NCBI RefSeq assembly: GCF_946223165.1
Contig: NZ_CAMIBP010000004.1
Coordinates: 15,949-79,948, forward strand
From: an uncultured Corynebacterium sp.
GTDB taxonomy: Bacteria > Actinomycetota > Actinomycetes > Mycobacteriales > Mycobacteriaceae
Direction: 5' to 3'
DNA length: 64,000 bases
Shown: positions 20,108 through 30,475 of the stretch, piece after piece
Numbering within the stretch: the first letter of the stretch is position 1
Layout: the number at the start of each line of letters is the position of its first letter
Position numbers and translations under genes: made by a program
Notes under the pieces: model-generated
Seen by the model: only the letters and a program-made list of their open reading frames with translations
What the model was told of the DNA's origin: nothing
Databases searched by the model: none

Positions 20108-20129
20108 AGGCGTGGGTGCTCCCTTACTT

Positions 20130-21242
20130 TTACTTCGCGCGGGCGGTGGACTTGACGGCCAGCGCCTCGAGCATGGTGGCCACGTCGGCGCTGACGTTGG
20201 CCGAGCGCAGGTGCTGCAAGCCGGAGTTGGTGAGTGCGCTGATGCGGTCCTCGAGCTGCTGGCGGGCGCCGGAGTCGTCGATGATCTGGGCCATGCGGGC
20301 GATGTCGGCCGGGTCATCGGTCTGCCCGATGAGGCGACGCAACTCTGCGGCAGCCGCCGGATCGGCGGCATCGGCAGCGCTGAGAGCCAAGCCAAGCAGT
20401 ACTGTGCGCTTGCCCTCACGGAGATCATCGCCGGCGGGCTTGCCCGTGATAGCCGGGTCGCCAAAGACGCCTAGCTCGTCGTCGCGCAGCTGGAACGCGA
20501 TGCCGATGTCGCGGCCGTAGCCGCGGAACGCAGCGATGAGCTTGTTGTTCGCCCCGGCGATGGCGGCGCCGAGATGGAGTGGGCGCTCGATGGTGTAGGC
20601 GGCCGTCTTGAAACGGTTGACGGAGTCAGACAATTCAATGGATTCATTGGCTGCGGCCTCGAGGCTGATGTCGAGCAGCTGGCCGCCGATGACCTCGGTG
20701 CGCATCCCGCGCCACGGCGCGCGGGCTCGGCGCAGTGCGTCTTGTGGCAGCCCGGAGTCCTGGAACATGTCCTCGGCCCATACGAGGGCGAGATCGCCCA
20801 CCAGGATGGCGGCGGACTCGCCATAGTGTGCGGAGTCACCGGACCAGGAGTTGGCGCGATGCTGGGCCTCCAGCGCGCGGTGGACCGTGGGATTGCCGCG
20901 GCGGGTATCGGAGGAGTCAACGATGTCGTCGTGGATGAGCGCACACGCCTGGATGAATTCCAGCGAACTCGCAGCGGTCAGCATGGCCTCTGGGTCGACG
21001 GCGGATGCCTCCGGCATGTCCAGGCCGCCAGCGCCGATGAATCCGGCCCACGCGTAGAGGGGACGAATGCGCTTGCCGCCTCCGAGGACGAAGTCCTCGA
21101 GGAAGGTCGCGGCGTCAGTCACGGGCTGGCCAATGGCTTTGATGTCCGCGCGCCGCGACTTCAGGAAGTTCTCAAGCTGGGACTTGACCGCGGAGGGGAC
21201 TGCGTCAAACGACAGGGATGCTGCTTCATTCACGTATGACAC
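20130..21242 (-). CDS. idsA: Polyprenyl (geranylgeranyl) diphosphate synthase
   Basis: First and second Asp-rich motifs (LIHDDIVDSSDTRRG, LRDDELGVFGD). 370 aa. Lies 22 nt upstream of mptA. Confidence 0.85.
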   Translation of the reverse strand: MSYVNEAASLSFDAVPSAVKSQLENFLKSRRADIKAIGQPVTDAATFLEDFVLGGGKRIRPLYAWAGFIGAGGLDMPEASAVDPEAMLTAASSLEFIQACALIHDDIVDSSDTRRGNPTVHRALEAQHRANSWSGDSAHYGESAAILVGDLALVWAEDMFQDSGLPQDALRRARAPWRGMRTEVIGGQLLDISLEAAANESIELSDSVNRFKTAAYTIERPLHLGAAIAGANNKLIAAFRGYGRDIGIAFQLRDDELGVFGDPAITGKPAGDDLREGKRTVLLGLALSAADAADPAAAAELRRLIGQTDDPADIARMAQIIDDSGARQQLEDRISALTNSGLQHLRSANVSADVATMLEALAVKSTARAK

Positions 21243-21332
21243 GATACCTTGCCACCCGGGTGTTCCCGCCCTGCCGCGCGAGTGCTCGCGTCGTGCCCTA
21301 CAGCGCTAGCACTCGCAACTCGACGTGCAGCG

Positions 21333-21914
21333 CTAGCACTTGCGCGCCGAGTCCAAGGGAAGGCGCGCCCCCAGGATAGCGAAGGGGCGGGTGTCGCCGG
21401 GGTAGTAGTAGTGGCGCAGGATGTCTGTAAAGCCCTCGGAGCGGTAGAGGCCGAAGGCGCGATTGCCTTCACCCTCAACCTCGGGGGTGGACAGGAGGAC
21501 GTGGCGCGCCGGGACGTTCCACAGTAGTTCGTGGAGGAGGAGTTTGCCGATGCCGTGGCCTTGGCAGACCGGGGAGACGTGGATCTCTGCCAGCTCAAAA
21601 TAACTGGTGAGGATGTCCCGCCGGGCCTCATCGATACCGCCATGAGCCTCGAAACCCCGGCGCAACTGTCGGTCCCACCACGTGTCCGGGGAGCCCAAGA
21701 ACCCGTAAGCGACTCCCACGACGGTGGATTCTGCCTGGGCGAGGATGGCGGTAAACCCCGGCTGCGTGACCTCGCTGCGCCACGCGGCAATGCGGTTACG
21801 ACGTACGTGCGGGTCGTATCCCATGGCCTCGATGTAAATGTCGACCAGTTGCGGTGCGTACATCGAGAACTCTGCGGGGAGGAGTCGGTGGAGGGTCACG
21901 TTCACGCCTTCCAT
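21333..21914 (-). CDS. GNAT family N-acetyltransferase
   Basis: 193 aa with acetyl-CoA binding region (QGHGIGKLLLHELL). Confidence 0.7.
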   Translation of the reverse strand: MEGVNVTLHRLLPAEFSMYAPQLVDIYIEAMGYDPHVRRNRIAAWRSEVTQPGFTAILAQAESTVVGVAYGFLGSPDTWWDRQLRRGFEAHGGIDEARRDILTSYFELAEIHVSPVCQGHGIGKLLLHELLWNVPARHVLLSTPEVEGEGNRAFGLYRSEGFTDILRHYYYPGDTRPFAILGARLPLDSARKC

Positions 21915-22193
21915 AGAAACAGAATTTGGTCAGGTGTGGGCCACATTCTCAGAATTGTCGCGTGGCGAATGGTTAAGCATAGAAATCCCGGGCGCATAGT
22001 CGAACGCGGTCACGGCCGTGCTCTGCAGAAACTCTTGACCGATTCGAACATAATAGCTAAAATGTGAAGTGAGAGTCCGGCAGGCCCGATAGTCTGCGTT
22101 GCAACATCCACAGGCGTGGATATCGGGCCCTGAATGGCCCAGACATTGAGAACCATAAGTGAAGAGAACCGAAAGGGGAGAGGAAGAGTCATT

Positions 22194-22622
22194 ATGGCAC
22201 AGATTATTTCGGCCACTACCAAGTTTGCGGGAGCGGGAATGTCGGCAAAGCGCCAGCGCTTCCTGTCTCAAGCTGCGGATTTGCTCTATCGTGCGCGCCA
22301 GGCTGCGGCGGCGCAGGACTTTGATGAGGCGCTGGAGCTGTCCTATCAGGCGGCGCTGCGCACTGCGGGTGCGTGGGTTGCGGGTTCCCCGGTGGCGTCT
22401 CGGAAACGTCTGCCGTCCAGTGCGTGGGATCGCTTGGAGCTCGTTGGTCCGGATGCACGGGCGTGGGTTGACCGCCTGCGTCGGTACTCGCGTCAGCGCT
22501 CTCGCGTTATTACGGGGCTTGATGATGGGGCGGACGCCCAGTCGGCTCTGGAGCTGATGGCCCTGGCGGGAGAGTTCTTTGTGGTGGCCTCTGATGCGTA
22601 TGACATCCCGGCGGCAGCCTAG
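22194..22622 (+). CDS. Conserved hypothetical protein (possibly SAV_6107-like HEPN-type family)
   Basis: ATG 22194 preceded by strong RBS GGAGAGGAAGAG. 142 aa, basic, Ala/Arg-rich. Sits beside the DUF3040 gene upstream of mraZ. Family assignment is from memory. Confidence 0.5.
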   Translation: MAQIISATTKFAGAGMSAKRQRFLSQAADLLYRARQAAAAQDFDEALELSYQAALRTAGAWVAGSPVASRKRLPSSAWDRLELVGPDARAWVDRLRRYSRQRSRVITGLDDGADAQSALELMALAGEFFVVASDAYDIPAAA

Positions 22623-22934
22623 GTGTCAGCGGCAGGTGGTTGCCCGAGTCCTGGTGGGATCTGTCGTGTGCGGTCATCTTTTTTCCGGGCCGGCTAGCCC
22701 CGTGGTGGTGTACTGTTGCTCCGTGAGATGTGAATTTATGGGGCTGTGACGGGCAGAACTTAATCTATTGGGAACTATCCGTCTAGGCTGGGCGTTAGAG
22801 ACAGTGAAGATCAATATTCGTGCGTTCTCTTGACCCCGGTTGTCTGGGTGCCTGGATATCTATGTGTCCGGTGTCCGAACTCCTGCGGGTGCGTGAGGCG
22901 TCACGGTTACACCACTATTTCCCGGGAGGATTAA

Positions 22935-23333
22935 GTGTCGCTATCTGAGCAGGAGCTGCGTGCGCTTCAGGAGATTGAGCAGTCGCTCATGGCTGAGGAT
23001 CCCAAGTTCGGCGCGGCCGTCACGGACAATTCCGGTTTTGAGCAGCGCGGAGGTTCCCTGTCGCTGCGTGGTGTCGCCCTCATCTTTGTGGGTCTACTCA
23101 TGTTGATTGGCGGTGTGGCTTTGGCCCAGCAGTCGCTGTGGTTCGTCATCCTGTCCATCGCGGGCTTCCTTGTCATGTTTGGTGCCAGCATTTGGATGTT
23201 GCGTGGTGGTTCCACGGAGAAGCTGTCCTTTGAGCGTTCGAGCTCGCAGCGCGGTTCCAGGTCCAAGTCACGCAAGGATGATGGCGTGGGCTCTCGCTTG
23301 GAGGAGAGCTTCAAGCGCCGCTTCGAGAATTAG
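22935..23333 (+). CDS. DUF3040 family membrane protein (Rv2169c-like)
   Basis: N-terminus LSEQELRALQEIEQSLMAEDPKF, two TM helices, basic C-tail. Conserved neighbour upstream of mraZ in actinobacteria. Confidence 0.65.
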   Translation: MSLSEQELRALQEIEQSLMAEDPKFGAAVTDNSGFEQRGGSLSLRGVALIFVGLLMLIGGVALAQQSLWFVILSIAGFLVMFGASIWMLRGGSTEKLSFERSSSQRGSRSKSRKDDGVGSRLEESFKRRFEN

Positions 23334-23767
23334 CGGGGTCCGTCTGCGGCGCTTGGCGCACCCTTCCCGGTCACTTTGGTGGCCGGGATTTTTTGTTGCC
23401 TGCGTGACGGTGCTTCTTACCTTCTTGCCCCACGATGCCCCACCGGGGGCCACTGTGCCCCCAGTGGGCCCAGATTCCCCACTTTGCCCCACCGCGCCGC
23501 CCCTGGGGAGCATTTGCGGGGCGTGGTCCGGCGCTGAGGGCGCACCGTGGTGGGATGTATTGCGGGGAGTCGCTCGTTTGTCCTGTTCGTCTGGAAATGC
23601 TGGTGATGGTGGTAAAAGGCGTTCTTTTGGGTCGGGTGTGTCGTGAGTGGTTAATGCGATCTGGTGGGGTGAAAATAGGGGGTTGTCAAGAGGGAGAATG
23701 GGAATCTGCCCCACGGAGTTTTATGCCAATGACCAGAGGGTTTAAAAATTTCATCGACGTAACACGC

Positions 23768-23810
23768 TGACAAAAGTGTCAATGGTGGGGGAAAGTGGGG
23801 TAGAGTGGGG
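23768..23810. promoter_or_regulatory. Candidate MraZ operator: TGACA-N4-TGTCA palindrome plus three GTGGGG direct repeats at 10-bp spacing
   Basis: GTGGGG at 23785-23790, 23795-23800 and 23805-23810. Palindrome at 23768-23781. Lies about 110 nt upstream of the mraZ ATG. Confidence 0.5.
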
Positions 23811-23917
23811 CGCAGCGGAGGATGGAACAAGAGTTTCGCGCCGAATGGGGCGGATTTGCGGACCGGATTTCGTGACAGAGAAACCGGAGTTCTCGAGCAA
23901 AGAAAGGTGGGCCCGGG

Positions 23918-24352
23918 ATGTTTCTGGGAACCTACACTCCAAAGCTCGATGACAAAGGGCGACTGACGTTGCCGGCAAAGTTTCGCGAGGAACTGGCCGG
24001 TGGACTAATGGTGACGAAGGGTCAAGACCACTCCTTGGCGGTGTACCCGCGGGAGGAGTTCGCACAGCGAGCTCGCAAGGCGGCGGCCGTGTCGCGCACC
24101 AGTCCGGAGGCACGTGCCTTCATTCGTAATCTGGCAGCCAGTGCGGATGAGCAGCGTCCCGATGGAAACGGTCGTATCACGCTCTCGGCGTCGCATCGCG
24201 AATATGCAGGCCTGACCAAGGAATGCGTCGTGATTGGCTCCGTGGATTTTCTCGAAATCTGGGATGCGGCCACGTGGGCGCAGTACCAGGCCGAAACTGA
24301 AGATGCCTACTCGGCGGCCGACGCGGACGATGTCCTCGCTGGCCTCCTGTAA
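23918..24352 (+). CDS. mraZ: Transcriptional regulator MraZ
   Basis: 144 aa with a duplicated MraZ fold and DxxxR-type motifs ([15 protein letters not shown]; [15 protein letters not shown]). Confidence 0.95.
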   Translation: MFLGTYTPKLDDKGRLTLPAKFREELAGGLMVTKGQDHSLAVYPREEFAQRARKAAAVSRTSPEARAFIRNLAASADEQRPDGNGRITLSASHREYAGLTKECVVIGSVDFLEIWDAATWAQYQAETEDAYSAADADDVLAGLL

Positions 24353-24590
24353 TAGGCGAGAACTGAACAACGCAGGTGCGTGTATGGACTCTGCCCGAGG
24401 CGGATGCTCTGGTGTACTTCCCCGATATCAGAAACCTGCCTCGGACAGGGCCCTATACGCACTTTTTGTGTGCGTGACGAACGCAATGCGGCGGCACTTC
24501 GGTGGGCCGCGGCATAAAAGACAGGCATAAAGAGACAACTGATACGAGTGGACGCAACGACGCGCGAGTGACAAAGGGGGTGTGGTGACC

Positions 24591-25682
24591 ATGAAGGGTG
24601 ATGCGGCGAACGACGCAACCGCAGCTGCGGTGACGGGGGGTGAGTCCGGCGATGTCAACTACGACATCGCGGTCAACCATGGGCACGTCCCCGTCATGCG
24701 CCAGCGCATGGCGCAGCTCATCGCCCCGGGCGTCGAGGCGGCGGGAAACAATGCCGTCATCGTCGACGGCACCCTCGGCGCCGGCGGCCACACCGAGTAC
24801 TTCCTCTCCGCCTTCCCTCAGGCGTCGGTCATCGGTGTGGATCGCGATGCCGCGTCGCTGGCCGCCGCCACGGAGCGGCTGCGCCCCTTCGGCGAGCGCT
24901 TCGTCGGCGTCGGGGCCCGCTTCGACGAGATCGGCGCGGCCATCGCCCGTGGCGAGCACGCTATCTTTGAGCGCGCGCGTGACCATGGTGTCGCGGGCGC
25001 CTTGTTTGATCTGGGCGTGTCGTCCATGCAGCTCGACCAGCTGGAACGAGGCTTTGCCTACAAGGCCGATGCGCCGTTGGATATGCGCATGGACCCGAGC
25101 CAGTCGCTGACTGCGGCTGACATCCTCAACACCTACGCTCACGGGGATTTGGCTCGCATTCTCAAGATGTACGGCGACGAGCGCTTCGCCGGCAAGATTG
25201 CGTCCGCAGTGCTCAAAGAGCGAGAGAAGGAGCCGTTTGCCACCTCGGCCCGCCTCGTGGAACTGCTCTATGCCACCATCCCGGCAGCCACCCGCCGCAC
25301 GGGCGGCCACCCCGCAAAGCGCACGTTCCAGGCGCTGCGCGTCGAGGTTAACCGCGAGCTCGAATCCATTGAGCAGGTGCTTCCCGTCATTACTGACGCC
25401 CTCGCCGTGGGCGGGCGCGCGGTGTTCATGAGCTACCAGTCTCTGGAAGACCGCATCGTCAAGACGGCGTTCAAGGCGCTGTCGACGTCGACCACGCCGG
25501 CGGGGCTGCCGATGGACCTTCCGGGCACCGCGGCGCAGTTCACGGTCGTGACCCGCGGCTCCGAGAAAGCCTCCGAGGCGGAGATTGCGGAGAACTCCCG
25601 CGCGGCCTCGGTGCGCGTGCGCGCCATCGAGCGACTGAGCGGCACGCCGACTTTCCACCCGCCTGGCGGGGGAGGCGACTGA
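24591..25682 (+). CDS. rsmH: 16S rRNA (cytosine1402-N4)-methyltransferase
   Basis: SAM-binding motifs ([21 protein letters not shown]). RBS AAAGGGGG. GTG 24582 and 24585 are alternative starts. Confidence 0.9.
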   Translation: MKGDAANDATAAAVTGGESGDVNYDIAVNHGHVPVMRQRMAQLIAPGVEAAGNNAVIVDGTLGAGGHTEYFLSAFPQASVIGVDRDAASLAAATERLRPFGERFVGVGARFDEIGAAIARGEHAIFERARDHGVAGALFDLGVSSMQLDQLERGFAYKADAPLDMRMDPSQSLTAADILNTYAHGDLARILKMYGDERFAGKIASAVLKEREKEPFATSARLVELLYATIPAATRRTGGHPAKRTFQALRVEVNRELESIEQVLPVITDALAVGGRAVFMSYQSLEDRIVKTAFKALSTSTTPAGLPMDLPGTAAQFTVVTRGSEKASEAEIAENSRAASVRVRAIERLSGTPTFHPPGGGGD

Positions 25683-26617
25683 TGAGTCCCCGCGACGACA
25701 ACCACCACACCCCAGCAGACCACACGCACAACTTTGGAAAGGCACCCCACATGGGCGCGAGCAGAGACTACACCACCGGAAACGACGGCAGCCTCAACAG
25801 CTACGGCCACGACGGCTGGGGCCGCCGCGGCGACACCGCCACCATCCCGCGCGTGCGCGACGAGTGGGTGAGCCCCGCCCGTTCAGGCCGCGTGAGTGAC
25901 GACAAGGACCACCGCGCTGCCCGTCGCGCCGCGGAGGCCGCGCAGACGTCGTTTGCGCGTCCCACCCGCGAGGCGCCGGAGATCCGCCCGCACCGCGAGC
26001 ACACGGGCCGTGGGTCCCGCACTGGCCAGAGGGCGCGCGTCGGTTCAACCCAGCGCTACTCCCGCGTCGGCTCCTCCCAGGTGCTGTCCGTGCGCGGGCG
26101 CCGCGCCACCGCTACCCGCACGTTTCGCCGGGTGAACAAGCTGTCCTTCTACGCCATCGGGCTCTTGCTGGCCGGCGTGTGCCTGGCGATGTGGCTTTCG
26201 GGCATGTCTACGGCACAGACCTTCACCATTCAGCAGCTCTCCGATCAGGAATCCACCCTGGACAACCAGCTGGAGACGCTCAACCGCGATCTGGAAAACG
26301 TCCGCTCGAGCGCCGACATCGCCCGCCGCGCCGCGGAGGACTCCCTCGTGGTCCCGGACCAGCCCGGAATCGTCGAGGTCGAAGAAAATGGCGACATCGC
26401 CGAGCGCCGCGCGGCGAAGCCGGAATCTGAATCTATTATCGATGTCAACGGTGCGCCTGTCCGACCGGGCCAGGCCTCCAGCGACCCGCACGATACCGCG
26501 GACGTGGCAGGCTCCCTGTCCAGCGTCCCGCACGGCCAGCAGGCGGCGCAGCCGGGCACTGTGGTTAACCCGCAGATTCCGGTGCAGGCGCCGTACGCTG
26601 CGACCAGCAGGAACTAG
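25682..26617 (+). CDS. ftsL: FtsL-like cell division membrane protein with long Arg-rich disordered N-terminus
   Basis: ATG overlaps the rsmH stop (ATGA). Single TM (LSFYAIGLLLAGVCLAMWL) followed by a coiled-coil region (STLDNQLETLNRDLENV). Position between rsmH and ftsI. Confidence 0.6.
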   Translation: MSPRDDNHHTPADHTHNFGKAPHMGASRDYTTGNDGSLNSYGHDGWGRRGDTATIPRVRDEWVSPARSGRVSDDKDHRAARRAAEAAQTSFARPTREAPEIRPHREHTGRGSRTGQRARVGSTQRYSRVGSSQVLSVRGRRATATRTFRRVNKLSFYAIGLLLAGVCLAMWLSGMSTAQTFTIQQLSDQESTLDNQLETLNRDLENVRSSADIARRAAEDSLVVPDQPGIVEVEENGDIAERRAAKPESESIIDVNGAPVRPGQASSDPHDTADVAGSLSSVPHGQQAAQPGTVVNPQIPVQAPYAATSRN

Positions 26618-26755
26618 CCAGGCGCCCCGCGGGGGAGCAACGCCCCAGCCGCCTTCGCGGAGCTCGTACGCTCACGTCGTACGGGCTCCTTGGAGTTTGT
26701 GCGCAGCCTGGCCCCGGACGACGCGAATGAAGCAGGTGACTTTAAGCAGGTGACA

Positions 26756-28843
26756 ATGCCCAACAACGGTTATCCCCGAGACCGGCGCGGCCAGGGCCGC
26801 GGCCAGGCCAGGGACCGCTCCGGTGACGGGCCTGCGCGACGCGGGGCGGCATCGTCCAGCCCCCGCCGCGATCACCAACCCAGCGCCGCGGCGCAGCGCC
26901 GCGCCTACCGCGCTGCGCAGGCGGACTCCGCACGCACGGCCCAGGCGGCCGGCACGGGGCAGACCTCGCTCATGCGTAAGCGCATGGACATCATCTTGAG
27001 CTTGTTGGGCGTCGTCGTCCTCGTTCTCGTGGGCCGCCTCGCGTGGGTCCAGCTGGTTTGGGGCCCGGAACTCGCGGCCCAGGCGGAGGCCCAGCGCGCC
27101 CGCACCTACATTGACCCCGCCCGCCGCGGTGCCATCACGGACCGCGAAGGGCAGCAGATCGCCTACACGATGCAGGCACGATCCCTCACGGTGTCGCCGA
27201 CGCGACTGCGCGCGGAACTGCTCCAGCAGGAAAAGATCGAGCTCATCAATAACGACGCCAACTATGAGTCCTATGGCGAGGACGAGCTCAACGCCAAGCT
27301 GGACGAGATGGTGACGCAGCGCCTCCACGAGATGGCCGACGGCATCCCGCAGATGATCAAGGACGCGGGCGCCTCCACCGATGGGCTGGACTCCTCTGAG
27401 ATCCTCGAAAAACTCCAGGCGGACACCGCCTATGAGGTCCTCGTCCGCAACGTGGACCCGGATGTCGCGGTGCAGATTGCGCAGAGCTTCCACGGTGTCG
27501 CCGCGGACCATCAGGATATTCGCCAGTACCCGAACGGCTCGATTGCGGAAAACATCGTGGGCAAGGTGTCCATGGACGGCCAGGGCCAGTTCGGGCTCGA
27601 GGCCTCGCGCGACTCCGAGCTGACCGGCATGCCGGGTCAGTCTATCGAGGACGTCTCCGGCGATGGCCAGGCCATCCCTGGCACGCTGCGCGACCAGGTC
27701 AAGGCCGTCGACGGCGACTCGGTCAAGCTCACGCTGGACCTCGATCTACAGACCTACGTCCAGCAGAAGCTGGAGAAGGCAGTCGCCAACTCGAAGGCCA
27801 AGTCAGGCGACGCCGTCGTCCTCGACGTCGCCACCGGCCAGGTGCTCGCGATGGCGAACACGGGCACCATCGATCCCAACGAGGACATTGAAAAGCAGCT
27901 CGCGGAGGGCAAGGACTTCGAGAACCGTTCGGTGTCCCACCCCTTCGAGCCTGGTTCCGTGGCCAAGATCATTACCGCCGCGGCCGCCATCCAGGAGGGG
28001 CTCACTCACCCCGATGAGGTGCTCCACGTGCCCGGCTCCATCGACATGGCGGGCGTGACCGTCAATGACGCGTGGCAGCACGGCGTGGAGCCGTACACCA
28101 CCACCGGCGTCTTTGGTAAGTCCTCCAACGTCGGCACGCTCATGCTGGCCCAGCGTGTGGGGCAGGAGAAGTACGCCGACTACCTCAAGGCCTTCGGCCT
28201 GGGCCAGGTGACCGGCATCGAGCTGCCCAATGAGTCTGCGGGCATCGTTCCGGACGAGTCGCAGTGGTCGGGCGGTACCTTCGCCAACCTGCCCATTGGA
28301 CAGGGTCAGTCATGGACCGCACTGCAGCTGGCCAGCGTCTACCAGACCCTCGCCAACGGCGGCGAGCGCATCGAGCCGCGCATCATTTCGACGGTGACGA
28401 AGGCCAATGGCGAGGAAGTTGCGCAGCCCGAGCCGAAGAGGACGCAGGTCGTGAGCCCGGAGACTGCCCGCACCGTCGTGGACATGTTCCGCGCAGCCTT
28501 CCAAAAGGACCCGGCGGGTATCCAAACCGGTACCGCTGGCAACGCCCAGATCGAGGGCTATCAGCTCTCCGGCAAGACGGGTACCGCCCAGCAGGTGGAC
28601 GAGGCCACCGGCGCCTATTCCAATTCGAACTATTGGATCACGTTTGCCGGCATCGCCCCCGCGAACGATCCGCGCTTCGTCGTCGCCATCATGCTGGATA
28701 ACCCGCAGTCCGGCGTCAACGACGACGGCTCCGGCGGCCAGTCCGCCGCGCCCGTCTTCAGCGACATCGCCCAGTGGCTGCTGACCCGTGACAACATTCC
28801 GACCTCGCCGGAAACCCCGCATCTCACCCTGCGAGCAGAGTAG
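26756..28843 (+). CDS. ftsI: Peptidoglycan D,D-transpeptidase FtsI (PBP3)
   Basis: N-terminal TM. Transpeptidase motifs SVAK (SxxK), SSN, KTGT. Start set at ATG 26756 (MPNNGYP). Confidence 0.9.
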   Translation: MPNNGYPRDRRGQGRGQARDRSGDGPARRGAASSSPRRDHQPSAAAQRRAYRAAQADSARTAQAAGTGQTSLMRKRMDIILSLLGVVVLVLVGRLAWVQLVWGPELAAQAEAQRARTYIDPARRGAITDREGQQIAYTMQARSLTVSPTRLRAELLQQEKIELINNDANYESYGEDELNAKLDEMVTQRLHEMADGIPQMIKDAGASTDGLDSSEILEKLQADTAYEVLVRNVDPDVAVQIAQSFHGVAADHQDIRQYPNGSIAENIVGKVSMDGQGQFGLEASRDSELTGMPGQSIEDVSGDGQAIPGTLRDQVKAVDGDSVKLTLDLDLQTYVQQKLEKAVANSKAKSGDAVVLDVATGQVLAMANTGTIDPNEDIEKQLAEGKDFENRSVSHPFEPGSVAKIITAAAAIQEGLTHPDEVLHVPGSIDMAGVTVNDAWQHGVEPYTTTGVFGKSSNVGTLMLAQRVGQEKYADYLKAFGLGQVTGIELPNESAGIVPDESQWSGGTFANLPIGQGQSWTALQLASVYQTLANGGERIEPRIISTVTKANGEEVAQPEPKRTQVVSPETARTVVDMFRAAFQKDPAGIQTGTAGNAQIEGYQLSGKTGTAQQVDEATGAYSNSNYWITFAGIAPANDPRFVVAIMLDNPQSGVNDDGSGGQSAAPVFSDIAQWLLTRDNIPTSPETPHLTLRAE

Positions 28844-28853
28844 GAGAACACCC

Positions 28854-30419
28854 ATGAGCATTTCTGTAGCGGACCTCGCCCAACTCATCGACGCCCGACT
28901 TATCGATGCCCACGCCGGCGGCGTCGACGCCGTCTTGGAATCCGTGAGCCTCGATTCATCGGCGGTCAAGCCCGGCGGCTTGTTTGCGGCGCTGCCCGGC
29001 ACCCGCGTCCACGGCGCCACATATGCGTCCCAGGCGGCCGCTGCCGATGCCGCCGCGGTGCTCACCGATGCCGCCGGCGCGGAGATCCTGCGCGCGGCGG
29101 GGGAGACCCGCTCCGTGCTCGTCGTCGATGATGTCCGCGCCGTCCTCGGCACCGCCGCGGCAGAAATCTACGGCCACCCCACGCGGGACATGACCGTCAT
29201 CGGCATCACCGGCACCTCCGGCAAGACGACGACGAGCTACCTGTTGGAGACCGGCCTGCTCGCCGCCGGCAAGTCCGTTGGCCTCATTGGTACGACGGGC
29301 ACCCGGATTAACCGCGAGTCCGTGCCCACGAAGCTCACCACGCCGGAGGCGCCGAAGCTCCAAGAGCTCTTCGCCCTCATGCGCGACAAGGGAGTTACGC
29401 ACGTGGTCATGGAGGTCTCCTCCCACGCGCTGGCCCTCGGCCGCGTCCAGGGCACGCGCTTTGCCGCCGGTGGCTTTACCAATTTGAGCCAGGATCACCT
29501 CGACTTCCATCCGACCATGGAGGACTACTTCGAGGCCAAGTCGCTCCTGTTCGATAGCGCGCTCGATGGCGAGGCCGGCGCGCGCCGCGCAGTGGTGTGC
29601 GTCGACGATTCATGGGGCGCGCGGATGGCGCAGCACTGCGTCGACGCCGGGGTGCCCACCACCCGGGTCTCGACGACGTCGGCCTCCGACCTCACCGCGC
29701 TGCAGGTCGCCGTGGAGCCCACGGGCGCGCAGAGCATTGAGCTCACGGCTGCGGCTGGCGATCCCGGCACCGTCACGTTCCGACTGCCGTTGCCGGGCGA
29801 CTTCAACGTGGCCAACGCCGCGCTTGCCGTTGGTCTTGCCGCGGCCGTCGGCGTCGCCGGCGGCGATATGCGCGCGTTTATCGGCGGCCTCGAATCCGTC
29901 GCGGTGCCTGGGCGCATGGAGCGCATCGACCGCGGCCAGGACTACATCGCCGTCGTGGATTACGCACACAAACCGGCGGCCGTGGCCGCGGTTCTCGACA
30001 CCCTGCGCGATCAGCTGGGAGCGGCGGCGGAGGATACCCGCCGCATCGGCGTCGTCGTCGGCGCGGGCGGCGACCGCGACTCGGCTAAGCGCCCCATCAT
30101 GGGCGCCAACGCCGCCGAGCGCGCCCAGCTCGTCATCGTCACGGACGACAACCCGCGCAGCGAGGATCCCGCTTCTATCCGCGCCGCCGTGCGGGAGGGC
30201 GCCGAGCAGGCGGCGCAGGTCAGCGGGGCCGAGGTCCGCGAGGTAGCATCACGAGCTGAAGCAATCGACGAGCTCGTCGCCTGGGCGCGCCCCGGCGACG
30301 CCATCATCGTGGTGGGCAAGGGCCACGAAGTCGGCCAGATCTATGGCACGACGACCCTGCACTTTGACGACCGCGAGGAACTAGCGCGCGCCCTCGACGC
30401 CCGCCACGGACGGGGCTGA
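28854..30419 (+). CDS. murE: UDP-N-acetylmuramoyl-L-alanyl-D-glutamate--2,6-diaminopimelate ligase
   Basis: Mur ligase P-loop GITGTSGKTTT, DNPR motif. RBS AGGAGA before ATG 28854. Confidence 0.9.
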   Translation: MSISVADLAQLIDARLIDAHAGGVDAVLESVSLDSSAVKPGGLFAALPGTRVHGATYASQAAAADAAAVLTDAAGAEILRAAGETRSVLVVDDVRAVLGTAAAEIYGHPTRDMTVIGITGTSGKTTTSYLLETGLLAAGKSVGLIGTTGTRINRESVPTKLTTPEAPKLQELFALMRDKGVTHVVMEVSSHALALGRVQGTRFAAGGFTNLSQDHLDFHPTMEDYFEAKSLLFDSALDGEAGARRAVVCVDDSWGARMAQHCVDAGVPTTRVSTTSASDLTALQVAVEPTGAQSIELTAAAGDPGTVTFRLPLPGDFNVANAALAVGLAAAVGVAGGDMRAFIGGLESVAVPGRMERIDRGQDYIAVVDYAHKPAAVAAVLDTLRDQLGAAAEDTRRIGVVVGAGGDRDSAKRPIMGANAAERAQLVIVTDDNPRSEDPASIRAAVREGAEQAAQVSGAEVREVASRAEAIDELVAWARPGDAIIVVGKGHEVGQIYGTTTLHFDDREELARALDARHGRG

Positions 30420-30475
30420 AGGATCAGCACACGCGCAGTAGTCGCCCCGAATGAACTTGGAAGAGAAGGACAACC

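Noticed and set aside
20108-20464. N-terminal 119 codons of the mptA-like ORF.
   Set aside because: Pro/Ser/Ala-rich low-complexity translation that would overlap idsA. GTG 20107 gives a protein starting just before the first TM.
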